A stretch of 64,000 nucleotides of DNA from Candidatus Omnitrophota bacterium (GCA_043823745.1 JBDRAN010000028.1:67116-131115), one strand, 5' to 3'; counted from the stretch's first letter, positions 9,424 through 19,099 are shown. The notes: generated by a model from the sequence alone, not told the origin. Made by a program: numbers and translations.

Positions 9424-10955
9424 AACGCGACAGTTATTCAAAAATTAAGACTATTGAAACGCTTGGGGAAATCTGCGCGCAATTACGCCGGAAAGGGAAA
9501 AAAATTGTCCTTTGTCACGGAGTGTTCGATCTCCTGCATCCGGGACATATTAAGTATTTTGAGGCCGCCCGCAAAAAGGGAGATGTGCTCATTGTTACGG
9601 TTACCCGAGATGAGTATGTGAATAAAGGGCCGGGAAGGCCGATTTTTACTCATGCCTTGCGCGCCGAAAGCATTGCTGCGATCGAGTGTGTTGATTACGT
9701 CGCGGTCAATGAGTGGCCGACGGCGGTTGAGACAATTAAGAAACTTAAGCCTCATTGGTACGTGAAGGGCCGCGATTATGCCGATAAAAGCGCGGACCTT
9801 ACCGGGAAAATACATGACGAAGAACGGGCGATACGCTCGATCGGCGGCGACATACATTTTGTCGATGAGGCAACGTACAGCTCGTCGAGCCTTATCAATA
9901 CCTATCTTGCGCCATACCCTGCGGAAGCCAAAGATTTCTTCGCAAAGTTCAAAAAGAATCATGACGCCGCGTCCATCACGAATATTCTTAAAAGCGTCAA
10001 CGATATTAAGGTGCTGGTGATCGGCGACATTATTATCGATGAGTATCATTATTGCGTCGGCGTGGGCAAAGCCCAGAAGGATAACATTATCGCGACTAAA
10101 TTCTTAAACGAGGAAGTGTTTGCCGGAGGGGTGCTTGCCGCGGCAAATCACCTGGCGGGTTTTTGTAAGGATGTTACGCTGGTCAGCTGTGTTGGCGGAA
10201 AAAATAATTATCGCGATCTTATTGCCCGGCGCCTGAAGGCCAATATAAAAACAAAATTTTATAACCTTCCCGACGCTCATACGGTGGTCAAGCGCCGCTT
10301 CCTTGACCCTAATTTCCTGCATAAGCTTTTTGAGATCTGTTATCTTGAAGAACCGGGTATGATGCCCGCCGTCATCGAGAAGAAAATTTGTACGTACCTT
10401 GAGGCTCACCTGAAAGATTTCGATATGGTGTTGGTTGCCGACTTCGGCCATGGCATGATCACGCCGCGTATGGTTAAGCTTCTAACGCAAAAAGCAAAGT
10501 TTCTGTCGGTCAACGTGCAGACCAATAGCGCGAACCTCGGTTTTAATCTCATTACAAAATTCCCGCGCGCGGATTATATTTGTATCGATGAGCCGGAGTT
10601 GCGCCTTGCCTGTCATGACCGCGTCGGGAAGCTCGAGGGCCTGATAACCGGGATAAGCTCGAAGCTTTCCTGCGAGAGGATTATTATTACGCGCGGACAT
10701 CGCGGTTCGCTCGCCTACTCACGAAAAGAAGGCTTTTCACACATACCGGTATTTTCCACGCAGATCGTTGACCGGATCGGAGCCGGCGATGCTTACTTTT
10801 CCGTTACCTCCCCCTGCGTTTTTAAGAAGACGGCAATGGAAACGGTTGGTTTTATCGGCAATGCCGTCGGTGCCACAAAAGTATTGATCGTAGGTAACCG
10901 GTCCTCGGTTGAGCCGATCCCGCTGACTAAATATATTGTAACATTACTGCGATGA
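9420..10955 (+). CDS. HldE-like bifunctional cytidylyltransferase + PfkB sugar kinase (transferase domain first)
   Basis: HGVFDLLHPGH (HxGH) at the N-terminus; PfkB signature DRIGAGDAYF near the C-terminus. Confidence 0.88.
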   Translation: MKRDSYSKIKTIETLGEICAQLRRKGKKIVLCHGVFDLLHPGHIKYFEAARKKGDVLIVTVTRDEYVNKGPGRPIFTHALRAESIAAIECVDYVAVNEWPTAVETIKKLKPHWYVKGRDYADKSADLTGKIHDEERAIRSIGGDIHFVDEATYSSSSLINTYLAPYPAEAKDFFAKFKKNHDAASITNILKSVNDIKVLVIGDIIIDEYHYCVGVGKAQKDNIIATKFLNEEVFAGGVLAAANHLAGFCKDVTLVSCVGGKNNYRDLIARRLKANIKTKFYNLPDAHTVVKRRFLDPNFLHKLFEICYLEEPGMMPAVIEKKICTYLEAHLKDFDMVLVADFGHGMITPRMVKLLTQKAKFLSVNVQTNSANLGFNLITKFPRADYICIDEPELRLACHDRVGKLEGLITGISSKLSCERIIITRGHRGSLAYSRKEGFSHIPVFSTQIVDRIGAGDAYFSVTSPCVFKKTAMETVGFIGNAVGATKVLIVGNRSSVEPIPLTKYIVTLLR

Positions 10956-11533
10956 AGAACGCATATTTTAAAACACTGACCGGTTTATTTTCAGCAATTG
11001 AGGCCACGGAAAAAGACGGCTTGTTCCTTGAGTTTTCCCGCGCGCACCGAGCGGCCGTCAGGCTTCTTGAAAATACCCGATCGAAGAATAAAGTTTTTTT
11101 GGTCGGCAACGGCGGCAGCGCTTCTATCGCAAGCCATATCGCGGTCGATTTTCTGAAAAACGGCCGCATCAGCGCCTACGCGCTTAACGACCCAAGCTTC
11201 CTTACCTGTATGAGTAATGATTACGGTTATGAATATGTTTTTTCAAAACCTTTGGAAACGCTTATCAGAAAAGGCGATGTTTTGCTTGCCATCAGTTCAT
11301 CCGGAGCTTCGGCGAATATTCTCGGTGCGGCCGCGAGCGCCCGCAAGAAAGGAGCGAACGTGATAACCTTTTCAGGTTTTATGCCGGACAATCCTTTGCG
11401 TACGTGCGGGGCGATTAATTTTTATGTACCTTCGTCTTCATATGGGTACGTAGAGATTGTCCATTTGGCCGTCTGTCATGAAATCGCAGACGCGTTAACC
11501 GGAAAAATGCAATTGGAAAGTAAAAAACGTTAA
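10952..11533 (+). CDS. gmhA: Phosphoheptose isomerase-like SIS protein; last residues come from an inserted element
   Basis: Motifs GNGGSASIASH, NDYGYEYVFS, ISSSGAS and YGYVE. Confidence 0.85.
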   Translation: MKNAYFKTLTGLFSAIEATEKDGLFLEFSRAHRAAVRLLENTRSKNKVFLVGNGGSASIASHIAVDFLKNGRISAYALNDPSFLTCMSNDYGYEYVFSKPLETLIRKGDVLLAISSSGASANILGAAASARKKGANVITFSGFMPDNPLRTCGAINFYVPSSSYGYVEIVHLAVCHEIADALTGKMQLESKKR

Positions 11534-11856
11534 AATTCCAAACAGCGTTTGTATTAAAAGCATATTGCACCAAAAGGTATGACATTTTTTCCGGTATACC
11601 CCGTCGTTGCGCGAAATGTCTGAGACTATAGAAATTTTGGCGGCGCCCCGTGCGCAACCTAACCGCCTGCGAAGCGTTCCCGAAGGGGGCTGCGCACCAG
11701 CGCGTCCCGAAGGGGGCTGCGCACCAGCGCGTCCCGAAGGGGGCTGCGCACCAGCGCGTCCCGAAGGGGGCTGCGCACCAGCGCGTCCCGAAGGGGGCTG
11801 CGAAGCGCTCCCGCAAGGGAGAAGGGTGTCAGGGCACAGAATGCGCGAAGCATGCA
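11499..11856 (+). mobile_element. MITE-like non-coding element flanked by TTAA (copy 1)
   Basis: TTAA at 11495-98 and 11857-60. Homologous, in inverted orientation, to 50018-50313. Removing it restores ...ALMET-TAG directly before the ATG at 11872. Confidence 0.75.
11665..11820. repeat. Tandem 27-bp REP-like repeat gcgcgtcccgaagggggctgcgcacca (about 5 units)
   Basis: Identical adjacent units with no unique spacers. Confidence 0.95.
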
Positions 11857-11871
11857 TTAATGGAAACATAG

Positions 11872-12936
11872 ATGGACAGATTTCAAATTGACAGCCATAA
11901 ATTGATGTATCATGTTTCCCGCGTGAGCAGCTTCGCGTCCGGCGAATCGGTATACCCTATCTATGTAGAGATTTCACCAAGCGGTTCCTGCAACCATCGG
12001 TGCGTGTTCTGCGCATATGATTTTGTCGGCTACAAGCCGCGCTTGATCGATGCGGATATTCTCATTAAGCGTTTATCGGAAATGGCACGGCTTGGCGTAA
12101 AAAGCGTGCTTTATTCCGGAGAAGGGGAGCCATTACTTCATCCTGAAATCGGCCGCATCGCGGCTTCCGGCGCGCGCGCCGGTATTGATAGCGCGCTGGC
12201 AACGAATGCCGTACTCTTTACCATGGCCCGCGCGGTGGAGTTACTTCCGCATATGACCTGGATCAAAGTAAGTATCAATGCCGGTACATCAGCGACCTAT
12301 GAACGGATTCATCGCGCGCATCCGGGAGATTTCGCGAAAGTCATGGAAAATATGACCTACGCGGTCAGCTTACGCAAGAAGAAAAAATATCGTTGCACCC
12401 TGGGGATGCAGATCTTGCTTCTTCCGGAAAACTATCACCAGGTGCGTTCGCTGGCCGTTCGCGCCAAAGCCATCGGGATGGATTATCTGGTGGTCAAGCC
12501 TTATTCACATCACCCTTTAAGTATCACGCGCAAATACCGTAATATCAAATATGCCGATTATCTTGAGTGTATTGATGGTTTGCGGGAATTGAATGATGAG
12601 CGCTTTGAGGTTATCGCCCGGCTTAATACGATGAAAAAATGGGACGAGAAATCACGCGAGTACGATTGTTGTTACGCGCTTAATTTCTGGGCGCATATTG
12701 ACAGTGCAGGGGTTGTTTGGGGCTGCCCGATGCATTTTAATGATAAGCGCTTTAAGTACGGCAGTATCTATCAGGATACATTCAAAAATATCTGGAACGG
12801 TGCTGCAAAGCGGAAATTATTATCCGGGCGTAAGTCTTTTAGCATTTCCGGTTGCAGGATCAATTGCCGCATGGATGAGATCAATAAGTTTTTATGGAAG
12901 CTCAAGAATCCTCCGGAACATGTTAACTTCGTCTAA
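11872..12936 (+). CDS. Radical SAM protein with SPASM/twitch domain
   Basis: CNHRCVFC, SGEGEPLLHP and a C-terminal Cys cluster; paralog of 17283..18368. Confidence 0.9.
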   Translation: MDRFQIDSHKLMYHVSRVSSFASGESVYPIYVEISPSGSCNHRCVFCAYDFVGYKPRLIDADILIKRLSEMARLGVKSVLYSGEGEPLLHPEIGRIAASGARAGIDSALATNAVLFTMARAVELLPHMTWIKVSINAGTSATYERIHRAHPGDFAKVMENMTYAVSLRKKKKYRCTLGMQILLLPENYHQVRSLAVRAKAIGMDYLVVKPYSHHPLSITRKYRNIKYADYLECIDGLRELNDERFEVIARLNTMKKWDEKSREYDCCYALNFWAHIDSAGVVWGCPMHFNDKRFKYGSIYQDTFKNIWNGAAKRKLLSGRKSFSISGCRINCRMDEINKFLWKLKNPPEHVNFV

Positions 12937-12940
12937 CGCT

Positions 12941-13351
12941 ATGCGTATACAGGTTGCGCTCATTATTCTGTATGATTCAGGGGAGCGATTTCTCCTGCAG
13001 CATCGTACTCATGACGCGGCACTCCTGCCCAATCACTGGGCTTTTTTTGGGGGAAGGCTTGAAACAGGAGAAACTCCGCGTCAGGCGCTTGCGCGTGAAG
13101 CGTTTGAAGAATTGCACTATACCGTACAGAGTCCGGAGCTTGTGTTAACGCACGCATTTTGCGAAGATGATCTTTGTGGCGAGCTTTATGTTTTCACCGA
13201 GTATTTCGGCGGCGACAAAAACACGTTGCGTTTACAGGAGGGCCAGGATTGGGGTTGGTTTAGCGCCGAGGAGACCAGCACACTTAAGATGACCGGCCGC
13301 GATAGGGAGATTGTGGCAAAGCTTGCGCAGATTATTGCTCAACGCGTATGA
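12941..13351 (+). CDS. NUDIX hydrolase
   Basis: NUDIX box GGRLETGETPRQALAREAFEE. True start is the ATG at 12941. Confidence 0.88.
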   Translation: MRIQVALIILYDSGERFLLQHRTHDAALLPNHWAFFGGRLETGETPRQALAREAFEELHYTVQSPELVLTHAFCEDDLCGELYVFTEYFGGDKNTLRLQEGQDWGWFSAEETSTLKMTGRDREIVAKLAQIIAQRV

Positions 13352-13362
13352 TAACGGATAGA

Positions 13363-13480
13363 AAGCGTATAGCGTTTAGCGATTAGCGTATAGCGGATAG
13401 CGTTTAGTGGAGAGAGGGACGTAGGACGTGGGACGAAATACGAAATACGGAATACGGAAGACGGAATACGAACGACGATG
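13363..13480. repeat. Degenerate 7-nt tandem array
   Basis: tagcgtt/tagcgat/tagcgta/tagcgga units, then acgtagg/acgtggg/acgaaat/acggaat units. Confidence 0.85.
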
Positions 13481-13505
13481 TGTTGATAACTAAAAAGGAG
13501 TTAGA

Positions 13506-14171
13506 ATGAAATCAAAAGAAATAAAAAAATGGAACGAAGCGAAAGCGTGCATGGGGCGTGATACGGTTACGCTCGGGCCCCATTACACCTATGTGCTTAA
13601 AAATCTTCCCCGGCGGCTGCTTTTTGTGTTAAGTCGCTATAAATTCGCGGCAAAAATAATCGGGCAGGGGAAAGATATCATTGAAGTCGGCTGCAGCGAA
13701 GGTTTTGGAACGAATATCCTTATGGAAGAGGCGCGCCGCGTTGTCGCGGTTGATTTTGACATTGACGCGATTGCTTGCGCCAAGGTGAGTTTTACTTCTA
13801 ACAAAGTACAGTTTATGATTGCGGATATTATGAAGGAACGTATCGGTTCTTTTGACGCTGCTGTTGCGCTTGATGTGATTGAGCATATTTATCCGAGTAA
13901 CGAAAAAAAATTTTTGATGAGCATCTGTGCAAATCTTAAGCCCTACGGTCTTGCAGTTATCGGTACTCCTAATAAAACCGCCGGCGTCTATGCTTCGAAA
14001 ACATCAAAATTAAGTCATGTGAATGTATATACAGCCCAGCGCCTGCGTGATTCGCTTTCCCGTTATTTTCATCAGGTGATGATCTTTTCGGCAAATGATG
14101 AAGTGGTGCATACCGGTTTTTATCCTATGGCGCACTATTTAATTGGCGTAGGAATCGCTCGCCGGTCTTAA
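13506..14171 (+). CDS. Class I SAM-dependent methyltransferase
   Basis: Motifs IIEVGCSEGFG, DVIEHI and GTPN. Confidence 0.88.
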   Translation: MKSKEIKKWNEAKACMGRDTVTLGPHYTYVLKNLPRRLLFVLSRYKFAAKIIGQGKDIIEVGCSEGFGTNILMEEARRVVAVDFDIDAIACAKVSFTSNKVQFMIADIMKERIGSFDAAVALDVIEHIYPSNEKKFLMSICANLKPYGLAVIGTPNKTAGVYASKTSKLSHVNVYTAQRLRDSLSRYFHQVMIFSANDEVVHTGFYPMAHYLIGVGIARRS

Positions 14172-14176
14172 CGTGT

Positions 14177-14977
14177 ATGAGTATACAGAATAAAAATCTA
14201 ACGAGCGTAGCATGCGATATCCGCCGCAGTATTATTACTATGGCGCATGCTTCAGCCAGTCCCCATGTTGCTTCTGCGCTTTCTTGCGCTGATATCCTTA
14301 CGTATGTATATTTTAAGCAGTTGCGTCTTGTTCCCTGGAAGAGCCGTGATATTTTTATCTTAAGCAAAGGGCATTCCGCTATGGCGCTCTATGCGACCAT
14401 AGCCCGGCGGGGGATTATTGATGCTAAACTTCTTGACGGTTACTATCAAAACAATGGAAGCTTGCCCGCGCATCTTGACAGGTTTAGCGCAAAAGGTATT
14501 GAGGTTTCTGCGGGTTCGCTGGGCCATGGGTTTAATATGGGCCTTGGTATGGCTTTTGCGTTTAAGAAAAAAAAGCTCACGCAGCGCGTGTATTGCCTGA
14601 TTGGCGACGGAGAAACGCAGGAAGGCTCGATCTGGGAGGGCGCGCTCTTTGCGCCAACATTAGGCATTGATAATTTTACCGCGGTCATCGATTATAATAA
14701 TTTACAGGGTTACGGCAGGGCTCGGGAGCTTTGTCATTTTGAACCGCTTCGCGCGAAGTGGGAATCATTCGGTTGGAAAGTCGTCGAGGCTAACGGCCAT
14801 GATTTCAGGAGCCTTGATGCTGCTTTTCGCGCGCCCTCGTGCGGCCCCAAGGTTATTATTGCCCGCACGATTAAGGGCAAGGGTGTTTCATTTATGGAGG
14901 ATAAGCTTATCTGGCACTATTATGTCGTTAGCGATGAAATTAAGAATAAAGCATTAAGGGAGCTTATTTGTGCGTAA
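14177..14977 (+). CDS. Transketolase N-terminal (TPP-binding) subunit
   Basis: LSKGH, GSLGHG and TPP motif GDGETQEGSIWE...N. Confidence 0.93.
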   Translation: MSIQNKNLTSVACDIRRSIITMAHASASPHVASALSCADILTYVYFKQLRLVPWKSRDIFILSKGHSAMALYATIARRGIIDAKLLDGYYQNNGSLPAHLDRFSAKGIEVSAGSLGHGFNMGLGMAFAFKKKKLTQRVYCLIGDGETQEGSIWEGALFAPTLGIDNFTAVIDYNNLQGYGRARELCHFEPLRAKWESFGWKVVEANGHDFRSLDAAFRAPSCGPKVIIARTIKGKGVSFMEDKLIWHYYVVSDEIKNKALRELICA

Positions 14978-15908
14978 TACCTTTGTGAATGTTATTTTAG
15001 CCGCATCCAAAAAGAACAAAAATATTTTTATTGTCAGTGGCGATGCGGGCTTGGGTGTCTTTGATGATTACAAGGAACGTTCACCCGGTTGCTTTCTGAA
15101 TCTTGGTGTCGCGGAGCAGAATATGATTTCTTTTAGCGCGGGCATGGCGTTAGCAGGGTATCGCGTCTACGTGTATAACATTATTCCATTTTTACTCTAT
15201 CGTTGTTATGAGCAGGTGCGTAATGATATTTGTTATCAGAAATTGCCGGTGATTTTAGCGGGTATCGGAAGCGGTGTTACCTACGCGCCACAGGGTATGA
15301 CGCATTATTCGGTAGAAGATCTTGGTATCGCGCGTACGCTCCCTAATCTTCTGGTATTTTCTCCGGCTGACCCTTGTGAGGCGGCTGCGGTGGCGCGATA
15401 TTGTTTAAAGAGCACGGAACCTGTGTATGTGCGCCTGCCGAAAAGAGGAGAGCCTTGTTTTCACCGCGGTATTATCCGTAACATACGCGCGCCGCAAGTA
15501 TTAAGCCAAGGCCATGATGCCGCGATTATTTTCCATGGCTCGATAAGCCAGGAAGCGGTAGCGGCGGCAGGAATGCTTGCGCAGAGAAAGATCTCAGTTA
15601 AACTGATCTCAGTTCCCTGCGTGCAGCCGCTTGATATCGCCAAGGTTTTTGAGGTAACCGGAACTATACGCTGTGTTGTTTCTGTCGAGGAGCATTTTCT
15701 TGGAAGCGGCATAGGCTCATTGCTTGAGGCCGCCTTTTTGCGCCATAAGCCTACCTGTATGTTTACGGCACTTGGAATTCGCGATGAGTTTATTCATGCG
15801 ATAAAAAATACGGCTGGTATGCGGGAGCATTACGGGATATCAGCCGTAAAAATTGCCGCCCGCATTGAGGGTATGATAAAGAAAAAGATACACGGCCGGG
15901 CTCGGTAA
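14970..15908 (+). CDS. Transketolase C-terminal subunit
   Basis: Motifs NLGVAEQNM, THYSVED and VEEH. Confidence 0.93.
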   Translation: MRNTFVNVILAASKKNKNIFIVSGDAGLGVFDDYKERSPGCFLNLGVAEQNMISFSAGMALAGYRVYVYNIIPFLLYRCYEQVRNDICYQKLPVILAGIGSGVTYAPQGMTHYSVEDLGIARTLPNLLVFSPADPCEAAAVARYCLKSTEPVYVRLPKRGEPCFHRGIIRNIRAPQVLSQGHDAAIIFHGSISQEAVAAAGMLAQRKISVKLISVPCVQPLDIAKVFEVTGTIRCVVSVEEHFLGSGIGSLLEAAFLRHKPTCMFTALGIRDEFIHAIKNTAGMREHYGISAVKIAARIEGMIKKKIHGRAR

Positions 15909-15942
15909 TTATCCGCCTTCGTGTAGAAAATGAGGCTCCATT

Positions 15943-16791
15943 ATGGCAAAAAAAATACTCATATTAGGTAACACCGGAAAAATGGGCTGTGCGCTTAGTG
16001 ATGCTTTTAGCGCGGGTTTTGCGATTGTCGGTAAACATTCAACTGATCTTGATATGAGCGATGTATCGCGCCTGGAGCGTCTTATTGAGGAAGTCGTACC
16101 CGATATTGTTATGAATACCGTTGCTTTTTCCGGTATTGAACAGTGTGAACAAAAACCACAGGATGCGTTTTGCGTAAATGCGCTGCTCCCTAAAGCCTTA
16201 GCGCAACTCTCGCGTGAAAAAAAGTTTACGCTGGTGCATTTTAGCACGGATGCGGTTTTTAATGACGAAAAACAAGATTACTATCGGGAAAGTGACCCGT
16301 GTCGGCCGCTTAATGTGTATGGTATCGCTAAATACGCGGGTGATTGTTTTATCCGGGCCATCGCGCCAGACGCTTATATTTTCAGGATTTCGATTTTATT
16401 TGGAAGAACAACCAAGAATACTCAGTTTGTGGAAAAAATGCTTGCGCGTATAAGAGCCGGAGAGCACTCCTTGAAGATATCAAGTGATATCGTTGTTTCA
16501 CCGACCTACAATAAAGATGTGGCCTGCGCTATTCGGGATATGATCGAGCGTAATCAGGCGCCTGGTTTATACCATCTGGTAAATCAAGGGAAGGCTTCGT
16601 TGTATGATTTAATGAATGAGATTGTGAGAAACTTGAGGCTGCCGGTAGAAATAACAAAAGCTTCGCATAAAGATTTTCCTTCGGTTGCAGTCAAAAATAC
16701 CTATACGCCGCTGGCATCGGAAAGAGTAAAACCCCTGCGTCCTTGGCAGGAGGCGGTGGGGGAGTATTGTAGTGAAATTAAGAACAAATAA
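15943..16791 (+). CDS. rfbD: dTDP-4-dehydrorhamnose reductase-like SDR
   Basis: GNTGKMG, HFSTDAVF, PLNVYGIAK and SPTY. Confidence 0.8.
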   Translation: MAKKILILGNTGKMGCALSDAFSAGFAIVGKHSTDLDMSDVSRLERLIEEVVPDIVMNTVAFSGIEQCEQKPQDAFCVNALLPKALAQLSREKKFTLVHFSTDAVFNDEKQDYYRESDPCRPLNVYGIAKYAGDCFIRAIAPDAYIFRISILFGRTTKNTQFVEKMLARIRAGEHSLKISSDIVVSPTYNKDVACAIRDMIERNQAPGLYHLVNQGKASLYDLMNEIVRNLRLPVEITKASHKDFPSVAVKNTYTPLASERVKPLRPWQEAVGEYCSEIKNK

Positions 16792-16834
16792 CCAAGAACC
16801 AAGAAACAATTTCCAAGGAATAATCAATGTTTAA
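16775..16834. repeat. Left arm of an inverted 7-mer array (NNNCCAA type)
   Basis: taaccaa gaaccaa gaaacaa tttccaa ... taatcaa. Confidence 0.8.
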
Positions 16835-16850
16835 TGGGTAACTATAAAAC

Positions 16851-17198
16851 ATGGCACGAGAATTCGATCTGGAGAAGCGTACTACAGAATTTGCAAAAGC
16901 GGTGATTAGGTTCTGTAAAACTTTATCTCGGAATCCGATACATGATAGATTGATTGCTCAAGCGGTTGCAGCCAGTGGCTCTGTTGGTGCGAATTATCGT
17001 GAAGCGAATGATCCTTTGGGGCCTAAAGATTTTATCCAGCGTATGCGGATAGCGCGTAGAGAGGCGAAAGAAAGCTATCATTGGTTAGAATTGCTTTTAG
17101 AGGCAAGCCCCGAGCGAGAAAGGGAAGTCAGACTACTTATGAAGGAAGCGGAAGAATTGAAAAAAATCCTTTCAACTATTATCAACAAAATGCATTGA
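16851..17198 (+). CDS. Four-helix-bundle protein (23S rRNA IVP / Avd-like family)
   Basis: DLEKRT..FA, SGSVGANYREA, DFIQRMRIARREAKESYHWLELL. Confidence 0.9.
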   Translation: MAREFDLEKRTTEFAKAVIRFCKTLSRNPIHDRLIAQAVAASGSVGANYREANDPLGPKDFIQRMRIARREAKESYHWLELLLEASPEREREVRLLMKEAEELKKILSTIINKMH

Positions 17199-17225
17199 TA
17201 GCTTTGTGTTTCTAGAATATATATT

Positions 17226-17264
17226 TTGTTTGGTAATTGTATCTTGGTTATTGGAAATTTAAAT
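17226..17264. repeat. Right arm of the inverted 7-mer array (TTGGNNN type)
   Basis: ttggtaa ttgtatc ttggtta ttggaaa. Confidence 0.8.
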
Positions 17265-17282
17265 TTAGACTTAAAGGAGAAG

Positions 17283-18368
17283 ATGTCCGACCAATACATT
17301 ATGGATGGGCACAAGCTGCTTTGGCACTTAGATCGTGTCGAGGATTGGTTTTCCGGTAAACATATCGCGCCGATTCATATTGATGTGGGCCTTTCAAAGG
17401 GCTGTAACATTAAGTGTGAGTATTGTTACGGAGTAACGCAGGGCAATTTCTATCGTAAGGGCGCGGATATTTATTTTCCCCGCGAAGCTCTTCTTCGCTA
17501 CATGTGCGATGCGGGCAGGGCCGGCGTGCGCTCTATGGCGCTTATCGGAGAAGGGGAGCCGCTTCTTAACCCTGCGGTGTATGAGGCGATTGTTATCGGG
17601 GCGCGCGCAGGAGTGGATATCGCGCTTGGCACTAATGGCATTTTATTTGATACCGGCTCTTCCGGAAGAAGAGCTTTGCAATATCTTATGTGGATTCGTT
17701 TTAATATCAGCGCTGCGACGCATGATGCGTATCGGCGTGTGCATCGTAGCAATGATTTTAAAGAGGCATTGAGTAAAATCAGCTTTTGTGTTAGGGAAAA
17801 ACGCAAGCGTGGGCTTGGCGTTACGATTGGCCTGCAGATGGTATTGACACCTTCAAATGTTGACCAGGTCCTGCCGCTTGCCCGGCTTGGCAAGAAACTC
17901 GGTGTTGATTATCTGGTGGTTAAGCAGTGCGGGGACACCAACACTAATACGCTCGGTGTGTATAAGCGGCTCGGTGAATATGAAGGATATTCGGATATTC
18001 TAAAAAAAGCCGAACGCGTAAGTGGTCCGGCGTACCGGGTGATCGTGAAATGGCAGAAAATAACGAATAAAGGAATAAAAGGTTTTAATCGTTGTTTGGG
18101 CGTACCATTTTTAATTTACTCAAGCGGTGACGCCAAGGTGTACCCGTGCGGTATGTTTTTTGATTATAAATCAGACGAATACTGTATGGGCGATTTAACC
18201 AAGCAGTCGTTTACCCAGATTGTCAAAAGTAAACGGTACTGGGATGTGGTAAGAAAGGTGAGTGCGATAAACGTGCACAAAGCTTGCTACGCTAATTGTC
18301 GCACCCATTATATTAACGAATTCTTGTGGAAGCTTAAAAATCCTCCGCAGCATTTAAATTTTATATGA
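17283..18368 (+). CDS. Radical SAM protein with SPASM/twitch domain
   Basis: RBS aaggag before the ATG at 17283; CNIKCEYC; ends FLWKLKNPPQHLNFI like the 11872 paralog. Confidence 0.9.
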   Translation: MSDQYIMDGHKLLWHLDRVEDWFSGKHIAPIHIDVGLSKGCNIKCEYCYGVTQGNFYRKGADIYFPREALLRYMCDAGRAGVRSMALIGEGEPLLNPAVYEAIVIGARAGVDIALGTNGILFDTGSSGRRALQYLMWIRFNISAATHDAYRRVHRSNDFKEALSKISFCVREKRKRGLGVTIGLQMVLTPSNVDQVLPLARLGKKLGVDYLVVKQCGDTNTNTLGVYKRLGEYEGYSDILKKAERVSGPAYRVIVKWQKITNKGIKGFNRCLGVPFLIYSSGDAKVYPCGMFFDYKSDEYCMGDLTKQSFTQIVKSKRYWDVVRKVSAINVHKACYANCRTHYINEFLWKLKNPPQHLNFI

Positions 18369-19099
18369 ACAAGGAAAAGGTACAGTATTCATTGACGGTG
18401 GTAAGCCCGGCACTTAACGAAGAGGAAAATGTTTCCGCAGCGCTGGAGGGTATGGTGGCCGCGCTCAATGACGCGGGCATTGATTGGGAAATCATTCTGG
18501 TTGATGATGGCTCAATAGATAAAACAGGCGCTCTTGCCGAAGATTGTGCGCTTCGAGAGCCGCGCATTAAAGTTATTCATCATGAGCGCCCCATGGGTAT
18601 TGGGTATAGTTTTCGTGATGGAGCATGTGCGGCGGCCAAAGACGCGGTGACCTATCTTCCCGGAGACGGAGAAAATGATCCTGCTGAGGTTATTAAGTAT
18701 GTGGGGTTATTGGCGCATGTTGACGTGGTTGTCCCTTTTGTGATCAATAAGGAAGTGCGTTCCCGGACGAGGCAGTTTTTGTCAAAACTTTATCTTGCGA
18801 TCACCAATACCAGCTTCGGTACCAATTTTAATTACACCAACGGGAATGTAATCTACAAGCGCTCTATTCTTGGCGCGCTCGCGGTCCGTTCAAATAGTTT
18901 TTTCTTTCAGACAGAATATTTATTACGTTCAACTGCCGCTGGATTTACCTTTGCCGAGGTGCCTATTCGCATACGGGCAAGATTACAGGGAAGATCAAAG
19001 GCGTTGTCATTCAAGTCATTTCGTACGCTCGTTGTGGAATTCACGCGCCTGTTTCTAGAATTGCGGATCGTTGTCCCATTGAAGAGTCTATTTAGCTAA
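18365..19099 (+). CDS. GT2 glycosyltransferase (DPM1-like)
   Basis: Motifs PALNEEEN, VDDGSID and PGDGE. Confidence 0.88.
   Translation: MNKEKVQYSLTVVSPALNEEENVSAALEGMVAALNDAGIDWEIILVDDGSIDKTGALAEDCALREPRIKVIHHERPMGIGYSFRDGACAAAKDAVTYLPGDGENDPAEVIKYVGLLAHVDVVVPFVINKEVRSRTRQFLSKLYLAITNTSFGTNFNYTNGNVIYKRSILGALAVRSNSFFFQTEYLLRSTAAGFTFAEVPIRIRARLQGRSKALSFKSFRTLVVEFTRLFLELRIVVPLKSLFS

Noticed and set aside
11665-11820. 27-bp repeats as a CRISPR array
   Set aside because: Units are directly adjacent with no unique spacers, and there are no cas genes.
11415-11891. Several short ORFs with 9-aa repeats on both strands
   Set aside because: They are by-products of the stop-free 27-bp repeat inside the MITE.
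16851-17198. Avd-like gene as part of a diversity-generating retroelement
   Set aside because: No reverse transcriptase and no TR/VR pair with adenine-specific mismatches is visible in the window.
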